From Cenarchaeum sp. (GTDB lineage: Archaea > Thermoproteota > Nitrososphaeria > Nitrososphaerales > Nitrosopumilaceae): 64,000 nucleotides of DNA. How positions within the stretch are numbered: position 1 is the first letter of the stretch; each line of letters begins with the position of its first letter. Both the position numbers and the translations under genes were made by a program. The notes beneath the pieces are model-generated. The model was not told the DNA's origin, did no database searches, and was given only the letters and a program-made list of their open reading frames with translations. The stretch spans positions 288,001 to 352,000 of the forward strand of contig OY843768.1 in assembly GCA_963693095.2 (NCBI GenBank). The letters are read 5' to 3'. Of the stretch, positions 46,518 through 58,100 are shown piece by piece.

Positions 46518-48770
46518 ATGGAGATTGGGTGCAGCGCCGAGTCAGTCAGGGCAGTCTATGCGCGCCTCGCCGAGCGGGCCGACGCGTATGCGCGCCTCGT
46601 CGGCCGGCCGCTCTCGCTCTCTGAAAAGATACTCGCCGGCCACATGGCCAAAGCGCCATCCTCTGATCTCGACGGCAATGCCGGCGCGTATGCGTACCTG
46701 CAGCCTGACAGGGTCGCCCTCCAGGACGTCACGGGCCAGATGGTCATGCTGCAGTTCATGACGACCGGACTGGCGCGCGCCGCGCTGCCCACCACAATCC
46801 ACTGTGACCACCTGATCAGGGCAAGGGTCGACGGCGAGGCTGACATGGCCGAGTCACTCGGCGAGAACGACGAGGTCTTTCGCTTCCTCCAGTCGGCTGC
46901 CGCCGCATACGGCTGCGGGTTCTGGAGGCCCGGGGCCGGAATCATACACCAGGTCGTTCTCGAGAACTATGCGTTTCCCGGCGGCCTGATGATAGGGACC
47001 GACTCGCACACGCCCAACGCCGGCGGCCTCGGGATGGTCGCAGTCGGAGTCGGGGGCATCGATGCTGCCGAGGCGATGGCGGGGCTTCCATGGGAGGTTC
47101 GCTATCCGCAGCGGATAGGCGTGCGCCTGACGGGCCGGCTCGGGGGCTGGACTTCCCCAAAGGACGTCATACTGCGCGTCGCCGGCGAGCTCACGGTGTC
47201 TGGCGCGACTAATGCGATCGTGGAGTACTATGGGCCGGGCACCGAGTCGATCAGCTGCACGGGCAAGGCGACGATCACGAACATGGGCGCCGAGATCGGC
47301 GCGACGTGCTCTATATTTCCGTATGATGCCAGGATGCGCGACTACCTGCGCGCGACGCAAAGGGCCGACATCGCGGCCCTCGCCGACGCGCACGCGGGGC
47401 TCCTGCGCGCCGACGAGGGCGCACGCTATAACCGCACGCTAGAGATCGACCTCTCTGCCCTCGAGCCGCACGTCGTCGGGCCGCACACGCCAGACCTTGC
47501 GCGACCCATATCGCAGCTTGCGCGCGATGCCCGGGAGAACGAGTATGTCGAGGAGATATCTGCGGCCCTCATAGGGAGCTGCACAAACTCGTCGTACGAG
47601 GACATGACGCGCGCAGCCGGCGTGGCCGGCCAGGCCGCCTCGAGGGGAATCAGGGCCGCCACGCCGCTCCTCGTCACGCCGGGCTCCGAGCAGGTTCGCG
47701 CGACGATCGAGCGCGACGGCCAGATGGGCACGCTTCGCAGCATAGGGGCCACGGTCCTTGCCAACGCGTGCGGCCCGTGCATTGGCCAGTGGAGCCGGCC
47801 CGAGCTAGAGCGCTCGCGCAAGAACACCATCGTGACGTCCTTTAATCGCAATTTTCCCGGCCGCAACGACGGCAGCCGCGACACGATGAACTTTATCGCA
47901 AGCCCCGAGATAGTAGTCGCGCTCTCGCTTGCCGGACGCCTCTCGTTCAACCCGCTCACCGACACGCTCGAGGCCGCCGACGGGACGCGTGTTGCGCTCG
48001 AGGAGCCCGTGCCGGCACCAGACGTTCCGGAGGGCGGGTTTGTCCGCGGTGACGGCGCGTACGTCGCCCCGCCGGCCGGCGGCGCGCACACAATAGAGAT
48101 CGACGAGTCGAGCAAGAGGATCCAGGCGCTAAAGCCGTTTGCGGCCTGGAACGGCGGCGACCTCGTCGGCCTGCGCGTCATGCTCAGGGCGCAGGGCAAG
48201 TGCACAACAGACCACATATCGCCGGCCGGCCCCTGGCTCTCGTTTCGCGGACACCTCGACAACCTGAGTGACAACATGCTCCTTGGCGCCGTGAACGCGT
48301 TTGGCGGCCATGTCGGCAAGGGAACCAACGAGCTCAGCGGAAACGTAGAGCCCTTTCCGCAGATCGGCCGCGCGTATCGCGCCGCCGGAATCCAGTGGGC
48401 AATAGTCGGTGACTCGAACTATGGCGAGGGCAGCAGCAGAGAGCACGCGGCGATAACGCCGCGCTATCTCGGGTGTGCCGCAGTGATTGCGCGCAGCTTT
48501 GCGCGCATACACGAGACAAACCTCAAAAAGCAGGGCATACTGGCACTTGTGTTCTCTGATGCGTCTGACTATGACAGGATACTCGAGGGCGACACGCTTG
48601 ACCTGCTAGAGCTCGCCTCGATCGCGCCGTCGGCCCCCGTTCGCTGCGCAATAGGGCATGCCGATGGGAGCTCCGAGGAGATTGCGCTCTCGCACTCGTA
48701 CAACTCTACACAGCTCGAGTGGTTCCGTGCCGGCTCGGCGCTAAACGTCCTTCGCGCCGGCGCGCAATAG
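46518..48770 (+). CDS. acn: aconitate hydratase (mitochondrial-type)
   Basis: DRVALQD, HCDH, GTDSHTPN, IGSCTNSSYED, NACGPCIGQW, TTDHISPAG, NYGEGSSREHAA. Confidence 0.96.
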   Translation: MEIGCSAESVRAVYARLAERADAYARLVGRPLSLSEKILAGHMAKAPSSDLDGNAGAYAYLQPDRVALQDVTGQMVMLQFMTTGLARAALPTTIHCDHLIRARVDGEADMAESLGENDEVFRFLQSAAAAYGCGFWRPGAGIIHQVVLENYAFPGGLMIGTDSHTPNAGGLGMVAVGVGGIDAAEAMAGLPWEVRYPQRIGVRLTGRLGGWTSPKDVILRVAGELTVSGATNAIVEYYGPGTESISCTGKATITNMGAEIGATCSIFPYDARMRDYLRATQRADIAALADAHAGLLRADEGARYNRTLEIDLSALEPHVVGPHTPDLARPISQLARDARENEYVEEISAALIGSCTNSSYEDMTRAAGVAGQAASRGIRAATPLLVTPGSEQVRATIERDGQMGTLRSIGATVLANACGPCIGQWSRPELERSRKNTIVTSFNRNFPGRNDGSRDTMNFIASPEIVVALSLAGRLSFNPLTDTLEAADGTRVALEEPVPAPDVPEGGFVRGDGAYVAPPAGGAHTIEIDESSKRIQALKPFAAWNGGDLVGLRVMLRAQGKCTTDHISPAGPWLSFRGHLDNLSDNMLLGAVNAFGGHVGKGTNELSGNVEPFPQIGRAYRAAGIQWAIVGDSNYGEGSSREHAAITPRYLGCAAVIARSFARIHETNLKKQGILALVFSDASDYDRILEGDTLDLLELASIAPSAPVRCAIGHADGSSEEIALSHSYNSTQLEWFRAGSALNVLRAGAQ

Positions 48771-48780
48771 TGGTTGGATG

Positions 48781-48935
48781 TGGGGCCGACCGGAATCGAA
48801 CCGGCGACCTACGGGTCACTGCAGCTCCAAACCCACATCATCCCGTGATGGTCAGCAGTTCAGACTTTGACCTCTGGAGCCCCTAGCGGTGATCGCGTGC
48901 GTCACTGTCGCCCTACCGGACTAGGCTACGACCCC
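48781..48935 (-). tRNA. tRNA-Trp(CCA) with two introns
   Basis: Acceptor GGGGTCG/CGGCCCC-A, T-loop TTCGATT, anticodon stem ACGGG/CCCGT with CT-CCA-GA after removing a ~24-nt intron in the 5' anticodon stem and a ~57-nt intron at 37/38. Confidence 0.9.
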
Positions 48936-49053
48936 ACGATAGGGCGCCGCCGGATGCCGGGATTTTAAGCTATTTGGGCCACTCTGCGCCTGTGGTGCCA
49001 GAACCGGCCTTTCTCCTCCGCCGACGCCGTGCGGCCTGCCCTGGCCGTTTATT

Positions 49054-49067
49054 GGGGGGGGGGGGGG
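49054..49067 (+). repeat. poly-G (G14) tract upstream of the giant surface protein promoter
   Basis: TTTATT-G14-CGTTTT, ~28 nt before the TATA-like TATTATATA at ~49095. Confidence 0.9.
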
Positions 49068-49127
49068 CGTTTTCACCTTCAATTTCACGCCTAGTATTAT
49101 ATACTATGATAACACCCGCGTGGCACA

Positions 49128-52100
49128 ATGCGTGGCGTGGTATGTGGCCTAGCGCTAGCGATCGCAGTGATCTGCATCGCTACGACGGCCGGAGACGTGA
49201 TGGCGCACACCTCTCCTGCCTTTCATGCGGTGAGGGCGTCTGGTGACGTCGGGGCAGTGGAGGACATCACGTGGAGGGGCGTCGCCTCCTCGGCCCTCTC
49301 GCACACCAACATTGGCCCCATCAACAACGCCGCCGAGTTTACGTCGCTGAGCGGCATAACTGGCGCCCTTGACCGCCTCGCGGCAGGCACTGCCCAGATA
49401 TCGCGAATCAGCTTTGATCCGGTGTTTACCACACATGCGACTGTGACGCCCACGCAGGACATATCAGAGTGGACGCTCATAGAGGGCAGTGCCGGCGACG
49501 TGAATGGCATGTGCGCCAGGGTGGGCAGCCAGGGGACACCCCGGGACATGCTCGGCGTCATTGCCGTGCGCGATGATGCGTCTGTCGTGTTTGTCCACGA
49601 GGCGCTCTCCACGACGGCCTCGCGCATGCACGCCATATACCACCCTGATGCCGCGCCGTCAGTTTCGGGAACGCAGCCCAGCTCGCGTGGCTGCGCGTAC
49701 CTTGCCGACGGCGTCTCGCCGTACATCGAGTCGGCCACGTTTACGGCCTCTAACATGATCAGTGTGACGTTCACAGAGACGGTGACCAGGAACGTGGGAA
49801 CAGGATCGATGGGCTGGTCGGTGAGCGGCCTGACCGTGTCAAACGTTGCCCACACCGGCACGACGTACACGCTCACCGTATCTGGCGCCACGTCTGGCAC
49901 GGCGTACACGATCAGCGCAGCCAATGGGATCGCCGACCTCGCCTCGCCGACGGCAAACGTGATCCGCAATGACGCCACGGCGACGGCGACATACACGGAC
50001 ACCACGCCGCCGACGTTCACGGCGCGCGTGTACAACGTCACACATGTCGCAGTAAAGTTCGACGAGCCCATACAGGGCACGACAATGGCCGCCGAGTGGG
50101 CAGTGGGCGTGATTGACGCCGACCAAACGACCCTGACTACGGCAGCGATAGCGACCACGGACGTGGGTGAGACAGATTCAACAAAGAGGTCGCGCGTCAC
50201 GATACCGCCTGACCCGCCGTTCACCGGCCTGCTGTATGTCGGGATTTTGAACTCCCTCGACCATAGTCTCAGGTGGGCGCTAACGGAGACCCCCATGGTG
50301 AGGTTTACGATGCCGTCTGGCGGGCTCTCCGACGTGGTGCCCGGCGGCACGGCCAACAGCCTGCAGACTGCAACCGTGGTCGCCTCCGCCAATGACGGAA
50401 CGGGCCCGACAGTCGCGTCTGCCGCGTTTACGGACGCCCGCACGATCACAGTCACGTTCAGCGAGGATGTCGTGTTCACCATGGCCCCTGCCGACCTGGT
50501 GCACGAGAGAAACTATGCGACAGACGACGGGTGGACGGTGACGTCGCCGAGGGGCAACCTGGCCGTGACGTCCGTCGCGCAAACTGCCACTAACGCGTAC
50601 GCGCTCACGCTGGGAGCCGACGCCGCCTTCGGCAGGGCGTACACGGTCACCCCCGACGCGCAAGTCAGTGACCTTAATGCCAATACCGTGCCCATCATAC
50701 CTCGTAGCGACCCCAGAGTCGCCATGCCATTCCCAGTGCAGGCCTACGACGGGCCGTTTGACGCCGAGACGAGGACGTCCACCACGACGCTCGTCACGTT
50801 TGCCGGCGGGAGCATCACCGCCACGCTCGACGTGGCCAACTGGGCAGTCGACGAGGCGGCCCCCGAGGCCGCCGCGAGCATTGCCATATCGAGCATCGCG
50901 ACGGTGACTGCCGACGGGACGGGCCAGGTCACCGCTACGCCGGTTGTCGGCTCGACGCCGGCAGTCACGCACGTGCTGGGATCCACGCCCGCAGTCACGT
51001 CGCTGCTTATCACGCACGAAGATCTCGACTCCACGGCCTCCACGCCCATAGTCACGTACACGCGCCCGGCGTCCGGCGGCCTGGTGGCCGGCACGACTGC
51101 CGTGCCGGCAGGCCCCGTTGACGCCGCAGACGGCGTTCCGCCCGAGCTTGACGACGGCGACTCGCTGAATATGCGAACAAGGGAGAACAGTCTGAGTCCA
51201 AGAATGCCAATTGCGCCGGCCGGCCTGAGCAGCGACGGCCCTGAAGGCGTGTGGGTGCGCATAAATCCCACCGAGCCTCTCTATGCGGCGGGCAGGCTCA
51301 TCCAAAATGACTTCGCTACCGGTGGCGCCGGCGACGCCGTTGCGCCCGCCGACATCAAGTTCTTCCCCGGCACGGACTCTGAGGTGACGGGTCAGCGCGC
51401 CGCAGACGCCGGTGATGGGAATTACAACTATTCGCACAGTGTCGTGGGTACATCGCCAGAGGGCCCCGTCACGTTCGAGCTCACGGTGCGCGACGCCGCC
51501 GGCAACGCCGCGACGTTCACGCACGATGACCTCACGACAGGGGCGACTGACGATAACGGCATCGCCATACCGAACGCGGGATACCGCGTGAGCATCGACA
51601 CGACCGCCCCCACGGTCATGTCCTCCGCGTTCACCGATACGGACGAGCTCACCATCACGTTTAGCGAGCACCTGGCGGCGCTTGATCCAGCAGCCGAATC
51701 GAAGTTTAGCGTGGTGGCGGTTCCGACAGACGTTAATATGTACCCCACAACGATCCCCGGCGGCACCGTGACCCTCACCGGCTCGGCCGTCTATGCCGAG
51801 CAGGCCACCACCTCGACAGTCACACTCATGCTGGCCTCGGCCTCGGCGCCCGGCACGGTTCACACGGTCCAGCTACCCGACAACATAGTCGATGACGCAC
51901 TCAACCGGCTCGCCGCTAGCGCTACGGCGAGCGCGAGTCGCACGGTATCGGACATGACGGCGCCGGTCGCAAGCTCGATAGCCTTCCGGGTGTACGACGG
52001 CACGCCGGACGCCGGCACGCTAAAGTCCGGCGACAGCAAGCTGCTCGCAAGCGACGGGGACACGATCCGCCTGATACTGACGCTCAACGAGGCCGCGGCC

Positions 52101-55100
52101 GGCACGCCGACGATAGAGGTGGTCGGCAGGACGCCGGCGGGGACCGCGATGGGCGACAACGGTGACGGTATGGACACGACGTGGCACCACGACCTGCTCG
52201 TGACGTCCTCCTCGGGCGAGGCGGCCTATACGTTCACGATCAAGGCCGCTGACGCGGCGAACAACATGGCGACCATAACGCGGACCGCCGGCCTAGACAC
52301 GGGAGTCACCGTCACCGTGCCGACCATAGACCTGACTGCGCCGACGCTCTCCTCGGCGGCCACGGCGACGACGGGCACGCTGACTGTCACGCTCTCCGAG
52401 GCAGTCACGGGAGCCGGCGTCATCGCCAAGTGGTCTGCAGAGGACGGCGCGACGGAGGCTGCGATCTCCAACGTCGACGTCTCGGGCAGCACGATAACGC
52501 TCACTTACGCGACGATCGACGACACGTCATTTGCGCCGACAGTCAAGTACACGGGCACGGGCCTGGCCGACTTGGCCGGCAACGCCATAACGCTTGATGC
52601 CACAACGTTAGATGCCACGGTAGCTGCCACTGACGCCCTGAGGCCGACGATAGCGCTCGTCACGTTTACGGCCTCCAACATGATCAGTGTGACGTTCACA
52701 GAGACGGTGACCAGGAACGTGGGAACAGGATCGATGGGCTGGTCAGTGAGCGGCCTGACCGTGTCAAAGGTTGAGCACACCGGCACGACGTACACGCTCA
52801 CCGTATCTGGCGCCACGTCTGGCACGTCGTACACGATCAGCGCAGCCAATGGGATCGCCGACCTCGTCTCGCCGACGGCAAACGTGATCCGCAATGACGC
52901 CATGGCGATGGTGATATACACGGACACCACGCCGCCAACGTTCAGCGCAAGCCTCACGTCTGCGAACACCGTGACGATCACGTTTGACGAGAATGTCAGC
53001 GGCACGACGGCGCCGGCCGAGTGGACCGTCGCCGGCTCGACAGTCAGCACGGTCGCGCCCTCCTCGCCGTCCTCAGTCGACGAGATCGTCCTCACGCTGT
53101 CGGCCTCGCGCGTGGGCACTGCACTGGCCGACCCGGACGGTGATGGCCCGCTCGAGGAGATCACGCAGGGAAGCGTGGTCTATACGCGCCCCGCGACCGA
53201 CTCGGCGACTGCGTCTAACACGCTTGCCGACGGCGTCGGCAACGACCTCGCCGCCGCCGGCAGGACGGCTGCGGCCACGGCAGTGACTGACGGCGCGCCA
53301 CCGACGGCCAGGGCGGCCTTTTTGGGCAGCGCGATCGTCATCCTGTTCAGCGAGCCGGTCAACGGCGTGCCGGGTACGCTGCAGGTCACGCAGCCGGGCG
53401 CGTCGGCCGGCCCGCTTGGGGCAGACCACGCCGACGGCACCGCCAGGGCGTCAGTCACGATCTCCTCGCCGTCTGCCGGCGAGTACTCTGTCGCGCTGCC
53501 CACGGGCATAGACGACGCCTCGGACAACGAGCTCGCCGCTGCCTCCGTGACTGCCACGTACGCGGCGGACACGACTGCGCCGACGTTCAGGGCCGAGCTG
53601 ACCTCGGCGGAGACCGTGAGGATCATCTTTGACGAGGCCGTCTTTGGCGTGACTGCCGGCTCCGAGTGGGCAGTCGCCGGCTCGAGCGTCAGCACTGCGG
53701 TGCCGTCCTCGCCCTTTGACGCCACAGAGATCGTCCTCACGCTAGACGACGCGGAGCGCCGCCCCTACACCAGCCTGGCCGACCCAGACGGTGCTGGCGA
53801 CCTGACTGCGATCACCGCGGCGAGCGTGGTCTATACGCGCCCGTCGACGGGTGATGACACGCTCCGGAACTCGGCGGAGCTCCGCCTTGCAGCCGCCGCC
53901 GGCGGCTCGACGGCTGCCACGGCCATCGCCGACAAGGCCCCGCCGACGTTCACGGCGCGCACGTTGACGACGGCGACGATAGCCGTCACGTTCAGCGAGA
54001 CGATACACAACACGGGTTCACACAGTAATCACACCCCCTACCGAGCCGTGGGGAACTGGGCCGTGGACGGCGCCCCGCCGAGCGGCCTGGCCGCGGCCAA
54101 CGTTACGCAGGGCGGCGCTACATACACGGTCTTTACGCTCACCGTGGCGACCCTTGGCGTGGACGACATGCCCACGGTCACCTATACCCGCCCCGCCTCC
54201 AGATACCTCGCCGACGCGGTGCAGGGTCAAGGTGCCCCTCAATTCGACAATGACAGGAACAACCCTGTCATGGACGGCGCGTCGGCGATCGCCGCCGACG
54301 GCATAGCCGCCACGGCTGGCCCCTTCACGGCCGCCACGAGGAGCCTCACTACGACGCTCGTGGAGTTTGACGGCGGCGCGCTGGCCGGCACGCTCGACGT
54401 GACGGACTGGACGGTCACCGACAACGACACCGGCTCGGCCGACGCGGAGCTGATTATATCGAGCGTGGCGACTGTGGTAGGGGACGGGCAGACGCCGGTC
54501 ACGGCTACGCCGGAGACCTCGGCGGGAGCAGGTGACGCGGTAACGCCGGCCATACCGTCGAGTCCTGCGTCCACGCAGCTCCTCATCACGCACGCGCCGC
54601 TCTCCTCGACGGCGGCCACGCCGCGCGTCGCGTACGCCGACGGCGATCTCAAGGAGGGCGGCACCGGCGGCTCTGACGTCGCCGACGGCGGCGCCGAGGC
54701 GACCGACGGCGTGCCGCCGCTGGCGACTGCGATGTCCTTCACGGTGTTCAACGGCCCCGCGTCCTTCGGCCATACAAAGTCCGGCGCCTCCGAGCTTCAC
54801 GCAAGGCTCACCGACACGGTTCGCATCCTGCTCACGCTCAACGAGGCGATCACCGCGAGGCCAGTCCTCACCGGGGGCGGTGTCTCGAGCGTCCAAATGA
54901 ACGCCGTTCCAGGGGACACCACCATGTGGACGTACGACCTGTCCGTGGGGGCAGCGACGCCCGAGGGCACGCTGGCGCTCTCGATATCGGTCACCGACGG
55001 CACGGCGACCGGCACGATAACGACGGCGTCAGGCATGGTGGCCGAGTCGGGCTTTGCGACCGGCAGCATGGCCGACGACCTGCCCGTCGTGGACAGGACT

Positions 55101-58100
55101 CCTCCGACGCTCCAGGACGCGGAGTTTGTGGGCAATGACATCGTCCTCACGCTCGACGAGGACGTCACGATCGCCGGCGGCATCGTGGTCACGCCGCCGT
55201 CTGGAAGCGTGGCGGTGTACGTGGCGACTGCGAGCGGCATGACTGTCACCGTCGAGGTCGGCGCTTCGGTGGAAGGGGGCTATCTCGTATATGTGCCGGC
55301 CACGATCCAAGACCTCGCCGGCAACGTGTTTGTGGCCGTGCAGAGGACGGTGCAGTACGTGACGCCGGACACCACGGCGCCGGTCGCAAGCTCGATAGCC
55401 TTCGAGGTGTACGACGGCACGCCGGATGCCGGCACGCTAAAGTCCGGCGACAGCGCGCTGCGCGCAAGCGACGGGGACACGATCCGCCTGATACTGACGC
55501 TCAACGAGGCCGCGGCCGGCACGCCGACGATAGAGGTGGACGGCCGGACGCCGGCGGGGACCGCGATGGGCGACAACGGCGACGCGCTGGCCACGACGTG
55601 GCACCACGACCTGCTCGTGACGTCCTCCTCGGGCGAGGCGGCCTTTACGTTCACGATCAAGGCCGCTGACGCGGCGAACAACATGGCGACCATAACGCGG
55701 ACCGCCGGCCTAGACACGGGAGTCACCGTCACCGTGCCGACCATAGACCTCACGGCACCCACGGCCACTGCGGAGTTCAGGGCAGTCAGAACGCTCGTCA
55801 TCATGCTCAGCGAGGCACTCGCCGGCACGGTATCGGCTATAGGGGGCTATACGTACGACGTGACGGTGCCAGACGCCGGCTCGGACGGCAACCCAGATGT
55901 CGTCCCCCTGAACAGCGCCATCCCGCCCGCCTATGACGCCACGGCCCGCACGATCACGCTCACGCTCGCCGGTGACGCCGCACCGTCCATCGTGCACACC
56001 GTCAAGCTGCCGGCACTGCTGGCCGACCTTGCAGGCAACGCGTTTGCCTCGCCGGCCGAGGTGACTGCGACGTACACGCCGCCGGCCACGCCTCCGCTCG
56101 CCACGTCAATATCGTTCAGGGTGTACGGCGACACTGACACCGGCGCCGACGACACGCTGGACCTCACGACGCTAAAGTCTGGCCCCACTGCGCTCATCGC
56201 CCGTGCAGGTGACACTATACGCCTCGCGCTCGAGCTCGACGAGGACCATCACGCCACGGCGCCGACAATAACGCTTGCCGGGAGGGGAGTCACGGGGGCG
56301 GCCATGGCAGACGCAGGCGATGACAGCCCGCGGACGTGGATATATGACCTGGCCGTGGCGCAGGGGACATCCGAGACCACAGCGCTTACGCCATTTGCAT
56401 TTTCGATCGCAGTCAGGGACATAGCGTCAGAGCCGAACACGATAACTGCGACGTCGGGACACGACGGCACGATTGCGGTGAGCCTTCCGACCATAGACCT
56501 GACCGGACCTGTGTTTGACGCCAACGCGCCCCCCGCGTTCACCATGGACGACAAAATAACGCTCACGTTCAACGAGGCCATTGATCCGGTGGAGGCAGTA
56601 AAGCCGACGAGGTACACCGTCACGTCAGGCGGCAGCAGCGTCGCGCTGTCGACTGCCACGCCGCCGTCGCACTCTGGAGGCCCGCCGGCGACGGTGGTCC
56701 TGACGCTGGCCACGCCTGCCACCGTGCCCGGCACCGAGTACACGGTCTCGACGACCGTTCCGGACATCGTTGGCAACGCCGCCTCGGCCACGGCCACGCC
56801 GACATATGCCGTGACGACACTGCTGTCGGCCAGGACGGCCTCCTCCACGCTAACGGTCGTCACGCTCTCGCACCCCGTGACGGGATCCGGCTCGCCGGGA
56901 TCATGGACGATCGACGGCAGCCTGGCCGGAGAGGAGCCGATGCCGGCCACGGGCATCGCCTCGGGTGCTGTCACGGGCGTCACGGCGGGCACCGCGGCGG
57001 TGCCGATAGCCTCCAACACGATCACGCTCCTCCACGGCGAGCTCTCGACGGCCTCGACGCCAAGGGTGACGTACGCGATGGGCACGGACACGCTCTCAGC
57101 GCCAGTCGGCCAGCTGGTGACAGACGCCACGGGAGTCACCGCCACAGACGGCGCGCCGCCGCGCGTGGTCGCCGCAGCGCTAGTCGACTCGCCGCTGGCC
57201 ACACAATCCAATCCTCGCCCCAAGGCAGTGGAGCTCACGTTCTCCGAGGCGGTGAACGCGCCGGCCGCATCGGCGTTTGCGCTATATACGGAGCCCACGG
57301 GCACGACGGCTGCCGCCTCGATCACCTCGGCGACGCGCTCCTCTCCTAGCGGCGGGGTGGCAAACTCTGTTCTCACCCTGGAGCGAGACGACGTTATCGC
57401 GAGCGTGCAGCCGCGCTACCTGCACATCTCCCCGACACTGCTGACGGACATGGCAATGGTGCCGGTGCCGTACGGCACTGCCCCGAGGATTCCGGTCTCA
57501 GAAGGCGCAACGACGCGGGTTGACTGGTGGATTGTCAGCCCTAGGCAAATAACGGTTCAGTTCCACGAGAGGCTAGACAACGATCCGCCGTTGGGTCCGG
57601 AGAGCTTTACAGTTCGAGTTTCCCGCGATGGGAGCAATGTCGTGCTGCCGTTTGCATCAACAAACCCCGTCATGTATGATGACGCCACGCGCACACTCAG
57701 GCTCATGATGGACGACGACCTTTCCTCCTCGGTTACCGTGCTCTACACCATAACAAAGCTTGGCAGCACGCCTTTCTCAGGCTCTCGCTTTCTCGCCTAC
57801 GAGCCACTATTTTCGGCAATGACCACTAGCGCCAACACGGCCAGGCTCACGCTTGCTACTGGTGCGAACTTCAGTGGGAACATGGCTGTCAGCGTGGCTG
57901 CCAGCGACTTTAGCGTCACTGAATCTGATGGCGCGACCTCAATTGCCGTCACCGGCATCTCTGCTGACGGTGTGAGCTTTTCGCCCTCGGCGACGCTCGA
58001 GCGCCCCCTTCGGAATTTTCACCTGCAATTCGACGCCGACCTTGCCTCGACTGCCTCGACTCCGGATGTGACATACACGCCTTCTGGGGATAGCGCCATC

